From: a virus
Lineage: Duplodnaviria; Caudoviricetes
Virus record (IMG/VR): IMGVR_UViG_3300005611_000002
Location: 130,646-194,645 of that record
Length of the DNA: 64,000 nucleotides
Strand: one strand, 5' to 3'
The translations under genes and the position numbers were made by a program. Below, one piece after another: positions 30,786-39,921 of this stretch. Below the pieces are notes generated by a model that did no database searches, was not told the origin of the DNA, and was given only the letters and a program-made list of their open reading frames with translations. Within the stretch, counting starts at the first letter, position 1. Each line of letters opens with the position of its first letter.

Positions 30786-31409
30786 TTATCCTTCTAAGTC
30801 ATTTTCAATACGTATAATCTTTTGCATTCTTAGTACATCAGCCAAAACATCCCATGAACTATCATGTTCTACAAATACAGAATTCCAGTGATCTTCATCG
30901 TCAATAGGAATGAAACCGTTCTTCTTTGGAAAATCTAGTTTAGCATCAATAAATGTCCGAATATCTCGCACCTTCCAATGAGGAAGATATTCATTTACGT
31001 GATGATATTTGTTTTTAACTTCAAAAAGCCGCCAAAGCAGAATAGGATCAAAAGCATTAGATCTTGTCCACCAATAGTTTATTTTGCTGCAATCGATCAA
31101 ATAGTTAGTAAAATCATTTACGAATTGATCTACTGTGATATCTGTTTTAAGCGGTTTAATATTTTTCTTTGCTGCTTCAGGAAGGGAGTCCCAAAACTTC
31201 ACAGTTTCTTTATATACTATCCAGCCGTAATTGTCAACCTGATCTTTTACAGATAACTTAAATTTTTTTACTGCCCGAATATTTTGAGTAGTATATGGAT
31301 TATTTGAAAGCATAATATCAGTGTCCGCGCAAAAAACAGACACATCGATTATTGCACAGTTATGTACATTTTGACCTAAGGTCTCAAAATCTAAAAATAG
31401 ATGTTTCAT
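30786..31409 (-). CDS. dexA: DexA-like DEDDh 3'-5' exonuclease
   Basis: LDFETLG, FD..IL, RDIRT, HDS..D motifs. Confidence 0.75.
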   Translation of the reverse strand: MKHLFLDFETLGQNVHNCAIIDVSVFCADTDIMLSNNPYTTQNIRAVKKFKLSVKDQVDNYGWIVYKETVKFWDSLPEAAKKNIKPLKTDITVDQFVNDFTNYLIDCSKINYWWTRSNAFDPILLWRLFEVKNKYHHVNEYLPHWKVRDIRTFIDAKLDFPKKNGFIPIDDEDHWNSVFVEHDSSWDVLADVLRMQKIIRIENDLEG

Positions 31410-32638
31410 TGTGCGAAGTCCATAATATTAAAGTTGGAAGAAGATTCGCGAACTCTTTGTGAAAGATTGTCTTGTATAAGAAAAGAAGCGTTTTCCATTT
31501 TTCTTTCTCCACGAATAGCAGCTTGAACTTCAGTGGCCATATCCATTGCAGTTTTATATGGAACATTCTGGCATATATGGTTGATGCTTTTTTCTTGATC
31601 CAAGAGTTCGTAATTTTGTGGAAGACCCATGATTGTCATAGCTTCACGGTAATTAATATAACGATCTTCTACTGGATGCGCTACAACGAAAGGCATATGT
31701 ACTACAAATGCTCCAATATGATGGACTGGAATAACAGTTCCTCGCCACATCACGCCTTTGCCAGATTTTAATTTAGCATCACGTCGCTCACACTTATCAG
31801 CTTCGCGATCATACCCCTGAGCACGCATCCACTTACCAACATCAGTATATGGAACACCCATACCAAGAATCATTTCGCTCTCAACATTAAACGATGGTCT
31901 ATCGTATTCTGGATCATCGAAAAGTGATTGAGCAAATTCTCTGTGAGTCATTCCTCCTTTTATTTCTTCAAGAAAGTAACGATAATATGGATCGTCTTTA
32001 GAGGGAATTTTAGTATTAATTGGTTCAGACTGAAAGTTGCTCTTAGTTTCAATCAAGAGATTACGAATTGTTGGATATTCTCTTTTATAATAGTTGAAAA
32101 CTGGAATTTTGTTGTCAAATACGTCTCTACGCCAGAAGAAGTAAAATGTTCTTCTACGAATTTGTGGGTTACCATGAAGTAGCGTCTTAGTGATGAAGAT
32201 AGACATGTTATATCCAGCTTCATTAGCAATCTTATTTAGTTTTTCTCTCATGAACTTACCAACGCTTGTAGCGAGAGCCGGAGCATTTTCACCCCAAAGA
32301 ACTTTGGGACGAATTTCGTTCAACACCATGTGTGTAGATTTTTCCATCCACTGGTTATTCTGATTATGTTCACCATAGCTTGAATGGTAACTGCTCAAAC
32401 CAGCGCAAGGACAGACCGAAGAAACTACATCTACGTTTTCGAAAGTTTTCGGAGCATTTTCTGAATCGAGTATATGATAAGGAATGTTATAGCCATTCTC
32501 CTTATAATGATTGATAAGATGTTTCTCGTTATCAGTGAATCCTGAGTAAGTAAGAATATATTTAGGTTTAGTACCATATACTTTATCCGAAGCAAGGACT
32601 TCTCCGCCAATAAGCGGTATAATAGCAGCATGATCCAT
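31406..32638 (-). CDS. DNA cytosine-C5 methyltransferase-like protein
   Basis: CPCAGLS (motif IV PC), GENA (motif VI), PQ.RRR (motif VIII), REA...MGLP..Y and QNV near the C-terminus; motif I is atypical. Confidence 0.7.
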   Translation of the reverse strand: MDHAAIIPLIGGEVLASDKVYGTKPKYILTYSGFTDNEKHLINHYKENGYNIPYHILDSENAPKTFENVDVVSSVCPCAGLSSYHSSYGEHNQNNQWMEKSTHMVLNEIRPKVLWGENAPALATSVGKFMREKLNKIANEAGYNMSIFITKTLLHGNPQIRRRTFYFFWRRDVFDNKIPVFNYYKREYPTIRNLLIETKSNFQSEPINTKIPSKDDPYYRYFLEEIKGGMTHREFAQSLFDDPEYDRPSFNVESEMILGMGVPYTDVGKWMRAQGYDREADKCERRDAKLKSGKGVMWRGTVIPVHHIGAFVVHMPFVVAHPVEDRYINYREAMTIMGLPQNYELLDQEKSINHICQNVPYKTAMDMATEVQAAIRGERKMENASFLIQDNLSQRVRESSSNFNIMDFAQ

Positions 32639-33756
32639 TAGTCGAACAGAGCCTCCAATTCTTTTCTTTGTACACTCTTATCGAGTGGATGATTATCATA
32701 TAAGCATTCTTTTTGTGCTTTTGCAAGGGCTGCTAATTCTGAAGTGCTCATTCCTTCAATTTTAGCGATCGTATTTCCAACATATACATCTCCGTAAATA
32801 GCACCTTCTTTGTCTGAGCAAAGAAGAATTGATTGTACGTCTGCTACTTGTTGAACACGCGATCTCCACCAACCAGAACCTTCGTGATAGTAGGTCGGCA
32901 TCAAACATCCCCAGTTCTGATTGTAAATTCTACACATGTCTGGTTCTTTTACGCGATAAGTCTGTATGCCCTGTGTCTGCTTTGTTTCTCTACGAGGACC
33001 AAAGTTCTTGTGTGGCCAAGTCAGAGTTTGTTTATTGAACCAACTCATAGTTTTGCTCTGTACGATAGAAGAGAAAATCCAGCAACGTTCTTTTTCTTCT
33101 GGAGCAATAACTGTCTCTTCTTCGCCAAAGAAGTCCATAATACCGCGATCTTCACCATAGTTGTTTTCTGGACAACGATTAAGATTGTACGGGTTTGGAT
33201 TGTATCGAATGATTTCACCATTCCAATTTAAACGAAACTTTGAGTTATCACCACCAGCGAAGGCGCAGAGCATCAGTTTGTTCTTTTTCTGATTTACGAT
33301 TTCGCAACCTTGGATAAAGATATCAATATGATTTCCAAGTTCTTCAATTGGAGTATTTCCGCAATAAAGATCTGCGAGATACTTGTTTGTGTGGTAGTTA
33401 AGGAAAGGCTCATTGCGATGTTCTTCGAGGTTCTTCTTATAAACCTGAAATGAATAAGCAACTTCAGCAACCTGCCAGTCATCGTTTCCAAGAATAGCAT
33501 CAGGCCGTGCTGTCAGCGCATAAAGCGCGTCAAACGCATAGTGGCTAAAAGATTTTACAGAAGCAAGATAGATAATAACCTTGTCGTAACCAGAAAGATC
33601 TTCGCCAATAGATACAGGTCTTTGATCAATTTCATGGCCCATGTCTTCTAAACACCGTATGAGCGAATAATGCGAATTGAGAATTTTAAGTTCTTTTGTA
33701 AGAAAATAGTCTCTTGTGCACTGCTCTTTATTGAACCCTGTAATTAAAATTTTCAT
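32638..33756 (-). CDS. Putative DNA glycosyltransferase (GT-B-like)
   Basis: MKILITG N-terminus, L...GHE, GSGWWR.R; context in the modification cluster. Confidence 0.55.
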   Translation of the reverse strand: MKILITGFNKEQCTRDYFLTKELKILNSHYSLIRCLEDMGHEIDQRPVSIGEDLSGYDKVIIYLASVKSFSHYAFDALYALTARPDAILGNDDWQVAEVAYSFQVYKKNLEEHRNEPFLNYHTNKYLADLYCGNTPIEELGNHIDIFIQGCEIVNQKKNKLMLCAFAGGDNSKFRLNWNGEIIRYNPNPYNLNRCPENNYGEDRGIMDFFGEEETVIAPEEKERCWIFSSIVQSKTMSWFNKQTLTWPHKNFGPRRETKQTQGIQTYRVKEPDMCRIYNQNWGCLMPTYYHEGSGWWRSRVQQVADVQSILLCSDKEGAIYGDVYVGNTIAKIEGMSTSELAALAKAQKECLYDNHPLDKSVQRKELEALFD

Positions 33757-33768
33757 AATGCGTCTCCA

Positions 33769-34848
33769 TTATATGAAGAATGAAGTCAAATCTTTAGACT
33801 CATTCTTGTAGTTATCAATAGTTTTATCAACAATATTTTCTATATTAGACTTCCATCTTTCAACAGAATGTTTTTCTTTTGTTCGTTCTGAGATTTCTAC
33901 ACGTTCCTCGAAAGAAACTTTCTTAAAATCTCGTACAATTTCTTCAAGTTCACCGGGTTTAACCGTGGTTTTTACCTTGACTATATCCCTATTTATTGCC
34001 GGAATACACTCCGAAGCGTGAGTTTCTGAAGAATTTGTAACTAAAATTGTTGGTAATCCATGTGCAAGAGCTTCAAGAGCAGTAATACCCCAAGTTTCTG
34101 ATGGACAAGTAGAAATATAGCAACTTGCTTGAGACATCTTTTTCATTGTTTCGATATAGCTAAGACCGCGAATTACTTCGTTCGGAGCTTCCCAATGTAA
34201 GTTTTCTTCGTGATATTTTTTGTGTTCGCCATACAACAATTCAGAAACATAGCTCGTAAGAACGATATTGTGAAGACCAGAGTTTTTAAGTTTGTTGTGC
34301 ATCCAAAATGGGTTTTTAGTTTTATCGGTTCTACCAACAGTCACGGCGTCATATTCTGCTTCTGCTACAACTTCAGTTCCATGGCTAAACGAAGAATTGA
34401 TGAAACCACCATTCAAATCAAGAGGTTTACTTTCTACTCTTCGTGATAGTTTGTCCATACCCTGCCATTGATGTTCGCTCACCATGGAAAGGGTTCCATT
34501 CTTAGAAAGAAACTCTTGCATAGATTTTACATGACCAAGTTTAGAAATACCACCGGCACCAGTATGGCTAATCCAAAGGATAGGAACTTTCACTACGGCT
34601 TGTAGTTTAACAGTGATCGGGTCATTGTCATAATTTACAATGATCACATCAGGCTGGTGATGATCGGCTGCAGCAGAGATTAAGTCTGTGACGCGTCTCT
34701 TCTTTCTATCTTCGTCTGTAAAATGTACAGGGATTACATTATCAAAGTTTTGATATATCAATTGTGCAAAACGTTCTATCCCGCCAATTACAACAGGATC
34801 AGAAATTTTAATATTGTTACGAGTAAAATATGGAAGAAGTATTTTCAC
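33769..34848 (-). CDS. GT-B (GT4-like) glycosyltransferase
   Basis: GGIERF, VGR.DK.KN, ETWGITALEALAHGLP (EX7E) motifs. Confidence 0.8.
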   Translation of the reverse strand: MKILLPYFTRNNIKISDPVVIGGIERFAQLIYQNFDNVIPVHFTDEDRKKRRVTDLISAAADHHQPDVIIVNYDNDPITVKLQAVVKVPILWISHTGAGGISKLGHVKSMQEFLSKNGTLSMVSEHQWQGMDKLSRRVESKPLDLNGGFINSSFSHGTEVVAEAEYDAVTVGRTDKTKNPFWMHNKLKNSGLHNIVLTSYVSELLYGEHKKYHEENLHWEAPNEVIRGLSYIETMKKMSQASCYISTCPSETWGITALEALAHGLPTILVTNSSETHASECIPAINRDIVKVKTTVKPGELEEIVRDFKKVSFEERVEISERTKEKHSVERWKSNIENIVDKTIDNYKNESKDLTSFFI

Positions 34849-35498
34849 TTAGTCGCCTCATATTGTCTTCGCCATTCGCCATAGTCATTTTCTAAAAGAG
34901 CCCAATGCAGTTTAGTAGTTTTTTCAAAATTTAAAATTCTACGATCCCAAATAACCCATGCATAGGCGATCATGCCACCAGTTTGATCTTGTTTTTCTAC
35001 GGGTTCTACGTGACCTTGATCGAACTTAACTCTATCGCTCAAAAATATAATATCACTTGGTGGGTAATTTGTAAACAGCTTATTTCGTTTTTTTCCTTCA
35101 AGGAACGTCAAACGAACAAACATTGCTACATAAGGATATTCTTTTACTGCCTTTTCGGCAATTTTTCGAGGAAGATCTTTATGGTACGGCGGATTTGTAA
35201 CCAATCCATCATAGCCTTCCGGTCTTTCTAAATCAAGTACGCCGACGCCGGTCGCAACTTCCACGAGATTGTTGTCATATTCATTTAAGTCGAACGATTT
35301 TACATTATGACCGTTTCGTTCGAGTTCAATCGAAATATTACCTCGGCCTGCGCAAGGCTCGACAACATTCTGTGGAGGGCGAACGTATTTACATAAAATA
35401 TAAGTTGCTAATGGTGGTGTAGGATAAAAATCGTTTTTTCTTCGATTGCTATCTTGTTTATTCACTCCAACGTAAATGTCTTTTAAGTTATTTGCCAT
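34845..35498 (-). CDS. DNA N6-adenine (or N4-cytosine) methyltransferase
   Basis: DFYPTP, EPCAGRG (motif I), TNPPY (motif IV). Confidence 0.85.
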   Translation of the reverse strand: MANNLKDIYVGVNKQDSNRRKNDFYPTPPLATYILCKYVRPPQNVVEPCAGRGNISIELERNGHNVKSFDLNEYDNNLVEVATGVGVLDLERPEGYDGLVTNPPYHKDLPRKIAEKAVKEYPYVAMFVRLTFLEGKKRNKLFTNYPPSDIIFLSDRVKFDQGHVEPVEKQDQTGGMIAYAWVIWDRRILNFEKTTKLHWALLENDYGEWRRQYEATK

Positions 35499-35955
35499 CT
35501 AATTCACAATCAATATATTCATATTCTACGCCAGCTTCACGAAACATCGTTTCGCTAAGCTTAAATGATTCTATCCAATATTCTGGATAATCCTTTTGAG
35601 GCATTACAACTCTTTTGATACCTACTTGAATTACGCCTTTTGCGCAATCTGAACAGCAGGGAAGTCCCCAGATATAAAGTGTAGCGCCATCAAGAGATAC
35701 ACCGTTATAAGTAGCGTTGTAAATCGCGTTCATTTCAGCATGTACGATGAATTTATATTTATGCTCTTTTATTTGCCAACGAGGTTCAAGATCTTCTCTT
35801 ACTCCTCGAGCAAAACCATTATATCCTTGAGAAAGTACTTGGCCTTTATGACCAATAGCAACAGCTCCAATTTTTGAACTAGTATCTTTAGACCAAGTAG
35901 ATACTTCTTTTGCTAATTTGAGATATCTAATATCCCATTTATTGCTTTTCATCAA
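35488..35955 (-). CDS. cd: dCMP deaminase
   Basis: GYNG, HAE.NAI, PC..C motifs. Confidence 0.93.
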   Translation of the reverse strand: MMKSNKWDIRYLKLAKEVSTWSKDTSSKIGAVAIGHKGQVLSQGYNGFARGVREDLEPRWQIKEHKYKFIVHAEMNAIYNATYNGVSLDGATLYIWGLPCCSDCAKGVIQVGIKRVVMPQKDYPEYWIESFKLSETMFREAGVEYEYIDCELDGK

Positions 35956-36608
35956 ATCAGTTCCTCTATAAACTTAAAGTGACGTTCATAAACGTGAAGA
36001 GATGAAGCTGTCCAAATTAGATCACCAACTTCAATACGAAGTTCATTGGCGAGCTTACTTTGAACATACCTCGCCCACGCGAAATCATTGTTCGCGCCGA
36101 ATACCGCATCGTTGCTCCTGAGAATGTAGTGAGAATGAAGTTTGTCATTACGAATATGAAAAGAATTTGCAAAGGTGCAAATAAAGTCATTCATTTCGTC
36201 TTCACGATAATCGTCATGTATGGATGGGCGATTATAAATCATCGCGGCCCGGCGGCTATTTGGATTGCGAAGAAGTTCAGTTAGTACATTTGTATACTGA
36301 TTTCCGTTCTTCTCGGAAAAGATTAAGTATCCATAATTGGAATTAATGCGCCCGTGTTTTGACGAAACGTCTTTCCAGATTTGTGGCGTATCTCCAGGAA
36401 TATCTTCGACATAAAGAGACTGAGACTCGTACCAAGCAAGCTCGCGCGCGATATAGTCATAATTCGGTTTTCGAATAATCCAGTCCTCGTCAACTAAAAA
36501 AGACTCGCCGATGATTTCCACGGTTTTTACGCCGGTTTTATCAACGACAAAGTCTTCGTCTTTATATTTTTGAATAAGTTTGTTTCGAATATCACTTACT
36601 GTTTGCAT
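35952..36608 (-). CDS. gp42: dCMP hydroxymethylase (thymidylate synthase fold, gp42-like)
   Basis: INSNYG, SRRA, DFICT, RSNDAVFGANND (Asp at the dCMP-specificity position), SLHVYERHF. Confidence 0.8.
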   Translation of the reverse strand: MQTVSDIRNKLIQKYKDEDFVVDKTGVKTVEIIGESFLVDEDWIIRKPNYDYIARELAWYESQSLYVEDIPGDTPQIWKDVSSKHGRINSNYGYLIFSEKNGNQYTNVLTELLRNPNSRRAAMIYNRPSIHDDYREDEMNDFICTFANSFHIRNDKLHSHYILRSNDAVFGANNDFAWARYVQSKLANELRIEVGDLIWTASSLHVYERHFKFIEELI

Positions 36609-36616
36609 AAATTCTC

Positions 36617-37135
36617 CTATGAAAATTGGGAAATGTCTAGACTCTTGATCTTATTATATAATATTGGATCATCAATGTCAACAAGAACTTTGAAGTCTTT
36701 TTTGAGAAATCCAGCAATAATTCGACGATCCTTCGAGTTCTGAATGTTTGAAAAGCGTCTTTGTCCAGGCGGAGGAGCTTCCCAGATCTTGATTGTTTTT
36801 TCGCCCAGTCGATCTGAAGGATTTTGAACTATGAACCAGCGATCTGCGTTGAGACATTTATCAAGCTGATTTTGTGCAACACGCCCATCTCGTTGTGTAA
36901 TGGGAACAGTGAAAGCTTGCATAACAGTTCCTCGAGTTGCATAAGACTTGAAGAAGTGATAAAGTGTCATAAACTTGACTTCACAGCGCTTACCATCAAT
37001 CAGCATGTCCATAGTACCATCAAATGGATCTGTCGCCATTTCTACTACAGATCCATTCTTTTCAAAATAGTCCTTTACGACTTTTTCAGCAAAATAGCCA
37101 AGTGATATAATTTTTTCTTTGACATTATACGTCAT
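36617..37135 (-). CDS. Hypothetical protein, possible PD-(D/E)XK nuclease
   Basis: G..AE..V...F, DMLIDGKRCEVK pattern. Confidence 0.45.
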   Translation of the reverse strand: MTYNVKEKIISLGYFAEKVVKDYFEKNGSVVEMATDPFDGTMDMLIDGKRCEVKFMTLYHFFKSYATRGTVMQAFTVPITQRDGRVAQNQLDKCLNADRWFIVQNPSDRLGEKTIKIWEAPPPGQRRFSNIQNSKDRRIIAGFLKKDFKVLVDIDDPILYNKIKSLDISQFS

Positions 37136-37553
37136 AATGTTGAATTCCTTCGTCGTAATCAGTAAGAGTGGTTACAGTAATAGTACTATCTTCTTCATTG
37201 AATTCAAATTGAATTTCGCGCTTGCGATTGAAAATATCATGTTCTATCGACTGGCCAGGAATTTCACCGCGACAGTACGAAACGAAAAAGCTCGCATAGT
37301 TGATTAGGTCTTTTGCGCTATCTTCAAGACTTTCAAAATTAGGATCATATCCATCAGTTTGCATAGCTTCCATGACAGACTTCATACGAAGCATCTTAGC
37401 GTGCATGATGTCGTGAATTGTAATCACACCATTCGGATAATAGTCTGCTTGTTTCACTGTAGAGTTTGGATTTTGATAGTCGCGGCTCTTTCGTAGCTGC
37501 AAGTCCATACATTCTTGTAGTACCTTGACGGATTCTGGATTTTCGATTGTCAT
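37125..37553 (-). CDS. Nucleotide-modification-associated alpha-helical (MazG-like, DUF1599-type) protein
   Basis: K..DY...K..R...ES.EDS..DLINY pattern; start at 37553 after AGGAG RBS. Confidence 0.6.
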   Translation of the reverse strand: MTIENPESVKVLQECMDLQLRKSRDYQNPNSTVKQADYYPNGVITIHDIMHAKMLRMKSVMEAMQTDGYDPNFESLEDSAKDLINYASFFVSYCRGEIPGQSIEHDIFNRKREIQFEFNEEDSTITVTTLTDYDEGIQHYDV

Positions 37554-37563
37554 ATCATCTCCT

Positions 37564-38073
37564 TTAAATTCTGGAACCGTGTCCTTTGATTTCAAAATTG
37601 AGCTTTGGTTTATAAGTTTTAATTGTTGCAGACTCGAGCAGTTCTGACATGCCTCCAATATTAAACTTATTAGTATTGATATATTTTATCACAACATTTA
37701 TAGTTTGTAAACCGTTTTCTTTCATATACTCACGATACTTTCGCCCTGACGACTCAGAGTCAATCTTCATTTGAAAACTATCACGATGCTGTTTTTGGCG
37801 CGTGTGAATAGTTTGTGTTTTAGAATCAGTCTTTCCTACATAAAGCACATCATCATTATATAACCAAATATAGACACCTTTAGCTTCACTCGCTAAAAAC
37901 TTTTTGCCTCTTTTTTCTATCCCAGAGTCAGAAGTGATGTAGGATTGATCGGGAGTAACAGTCAAGGTAACGTTACCATAGGTTTCAGCCTCTTTCCAAT
38001 AAGAGTCTATGTTATCATATACATACTTTTCAAGCAGATCAGCTAAATTAGATAAAGCAGACATTTCTAACAT
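37564..38073 (-). CDS. GIY-YIG family endonuclease
   Basis: GVY.......VLYVGKT......R...H and LE...I....P..N motifs. Confidence 0.7.
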   Translation of the reverse strand: MLEMSALSNLADLLEKYVYDNIDSYWKEAETYGNVTLTVTPDQSYITSDSGIEKRGKKFLASEAKGVYIWLYNDDVLYVGKTDSKTQTIHTRQKQHRDSFQMKIDSESSGRKYREYMKENGLQTINVVIKYINTNKFNIGGMSELLESATIKTYKPKLNFEIKGHGSRI

Positions 38074-38078
38074 TCCTA

Positions 38079-38357
38079 TTAGCGATTGTACACATAAACG
38101 TCAGCAGTAGCAGCATCGGGAAGACGAACGCACTGAGCTTTTCCGTAGATGCCGCCGTTGCGATACTGACGATACTTCCATGCGTTAGGGTTGTTCTTAC
38201 CCAAGCGACCCTGAAGCTTTACGTATTGAGTAGTGCCATAAGCATAGTTACCGAGCTTGACAACAGTACGCAGACCGTCAACCGCGGCTTGGTCTTCAGA
38301 ATGAACCTGGCCGTTGACCATACGAACAGTGAAGCGATAAGCAGAAGTGCGGTTCAT
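38079..38357 (-). CDS. Hypothetical protein
   Basis: 92-aa ORF, AGGAG RBS, biased codon usage. Confidence 0.7.
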   Translation of the reverse strand: MNRTSAYRFTVRMVNGQVHSEDQAAVDGLRTVVKLGNYAYGTTQYVKLQGRLGKNNPNAWKYRQYRNGGIYGKAQCVRLPDAATADVYVYNR

Positions 38358-38506
38358 AGACTAACTCCTTCGGTTTCAAAACCGTTTGAATAACGATAAA
38401 ATACAACCCAGTATTCTTTTACGGGTTGTATAAAGTTCATCATTTCACGGGAGTTTGAAAACTCCCGTTCTGAACCGCTCGCCATATGTTTCGCTATTAA
38501 TTTCAT
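38354..38506 (-). CDS. Hypothetical early protein (50 aa)
   Basis: ATG immediately after the promoter/RBS cassette; track ORF extends through the promoter. Confidence 0.6.
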   Translation of the reverse strand: MKLIAKHMASGSEREFSNSREMMNFIQPVKEYWVVFYRYSNGFETEGVSL

Positions 38507-38564
38507 AATAGGTCCTTTCGTTTTACCTATTATTAGTATATACTGATTCGGATCAAATGTCAAC
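38504..38564 (-). repeat. Early promoter-stem-loop-RBS cassette, copy 1
   Basis: GTTGACA-N8-GAATC-AGTA-TATACT-AATAATAGGTAAAACGAAAGGACCTATTATG; similar copies at 39244, 49453 and 62607. Confidence 0.85.
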
Positions 38565-38792
38565 CCAGTTTTTGAATTTATTTCGAAAAGCTCTCTCATC
38601 CTGTGGATGTTCAAAAAAGAACGTGTCCTCATAGACGTTTGTATACTGACGATGTACCCACTGAGAAGAGTGCATCTGGACCTTACAGAAGTCCTTTGCT
38701 TGACTTCGCAGATCGCTATGGATGCGAACCGGATGGTTATGTCCAGATCGCATCCAGCGCATTTTATGGTCGGAAATTTCTAACGGTGTCAT
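38553..38792 (-). CDS. Hypothetical protein
   Basis: MTPLEISDHK...YEDTFFFE; ATGA overlap with upstream gene. Confidence 0.6.
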   Translation of the reverse strand: MTPLEISDHKMRWMRSGHNHPVRIHSDLRSQAKDFCKVQMHSSQWVHRQYTNVYEDTFFFEHPQDERAFRNKFKNWVDI

Positions 38793-39079
38793 GCAGTGAT
38801 CCAATCATCTGTTGTTACCAAGGTTTCGGAACCATCGTATTCGTCAATGCGAAACTTAGTACCTTCGGGCACCCATTCAATTTCTACCTTACGAGCACCA
38901 CCTGCGTAACCCAATTTTTCTTCATCACAGATACGATGAACTTCGTCAATGTTGCCATCTAAGAATAGTTGGTTGAACCGAGCGTCTCGCGGGTCAACAT
39001 CATTCCATGTTGACCATCCGGCACCAAAGCCACCACTGACCGCAACTGCTACCATTCCATCACGAACAATCTTTTCCAT
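38789..39079 (-). CDS. Conserved phage hypothetical protein
   Basis: VAV..S.GFGAGWSTWN and IEW...G..F.I.EYDGSE motifs. Confidence 0.75.
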   Translation of the reverse strand: MEKIVRDGMVAVAVSGGFGAGWSTWNDVDPRDARFNQLFLDGNIDEVHRICDEEKLGYAGGARKVEIEWVPEGTKFRIDEYDGSETLVTTDDWITA

Positions 39080-39246
39080 TATGCAGCTACCTTTCTCATG
39101 TCATAAAGTGCAATCACCGAAACGTCACCGTTAGCCAAAGCCCAGTTATAGGCATTTGAGTATGATTGATCTTTGGTCTCGCCGTGTAAGCTCATTTCGC
39201 GGCGCTCATCGTAACGGTCGAAGTATTGAAAGATGATCTTAAACAT
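39079..39246 (-). CDS. Hypothetical early protein (55 aa)
   Basis: Read by hand: MFKIIFQYFDRYDERR...RKVAA; follows cassette copy 2. Confidence 0.65.
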   Translation of the reverse strand: MFKIIFQYFDRYDERREMSLHGETKDQSYSNAYNWALANGDVSVIALYDMRKVAA

Positions 39247-39305
39247 GGTAGGTTCCTTTCGTATTACCTATTATGATACTATACCGATTCGGATCAAATG
39301 TCAAC
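39244..39305 (-). repeat. Early promoter-stem-loop-RBS cassette, copy 2
   Basis: GTTGACATTTGATCCGAATCGGTATAGTATCATAATAGGTAATACGAAAGGAACCTACCATG. Confidence 0.85.
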
Positions 39306-39309
39306 TGTA

Positions 39310-39729
39310 TTATGAAAGAATACCAGAAAGTTCGCCGTGATTTCCTTTGTGACTAGGAGGCTTCCAGCCTGACGGCTTCAACAAATCAGGCAAACCGAAT
39401 TTGTTGGGTCGGCCGGGCTTTACTCCAGGTTCTTTAGCCATGTTTGCTTCATATACCGCGTCCCAAGCAGCTTTGACATCCACACCCATAATATCAAGTG
39501 TACCGATGGCAAAGACGATGCTATCAATCAATCCATCTACGACTTCTTCAGGATTGCTTTGAACGAGAGCTGCAGACATTGTTTCACCGAGTTCCTCATA
39601 CTGCATCATAAGACGAAATGCAATAAACTTTCGCATCAAGTCTTTATCGTGCTTGTTATTTTCAAACCATTCACGCACACCAAACTTATTGTGCATCATG
39701 TATATATCGTGTGCCATATCAGCCGACAT
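39310..39729 (-). CDS. MazG-like/PRA-PH NTP pyrophosphohydrolase
   Basis: EEL.E, EVVDGLID, V..ANMAK, KP.GW..P motifs. Confidence 0.8.
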   Translation of the reverse strand: MSADMAHDIYMMHNKFGVREWFENNKHDKDLMRKFIAFRLMMQYEELGETMSAALVQSNPEEVVDGLIDSIVFAIGTLDIMGVDVKAAWDAVYEANMAKEPGVKPGRPNKFGLPDLLKPSGWKPPSHKGNHGELSGILS

Positions 39730-39910
39730 TTTGTAATCCTTCCATTTCATTTTCCAGAGCTGCGATCTCATCCTTGATAGAAAGTTTGAGCCGTTTGTGG
39801 TTTTTGATCATTTCTTCAGGAGCTTTTTCTGCTTCAAGAGTTTCAACAATATCATGCTGTCTCTTATGCTGATCTCTCAAGAATCTAATTTTCTTTTCTA
39901 GCTTTGTCAT
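39719..39910 (-). CDS. Small DUF465/YdcH-like coiled-coil protein
   Basis: H......V..LE......K..KL.IKDEI pattern; AGGAG RBS. Confidence 0.6.
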   Translation of the reverse strand: MTKLEKKIRFLRDQHKRQHDIVETLEAEKAPEEMIKNHKRLKLSIKDEIAALENEMEGLQNVG

Positions 39911-39921
39911 GTAGTTTCTCC

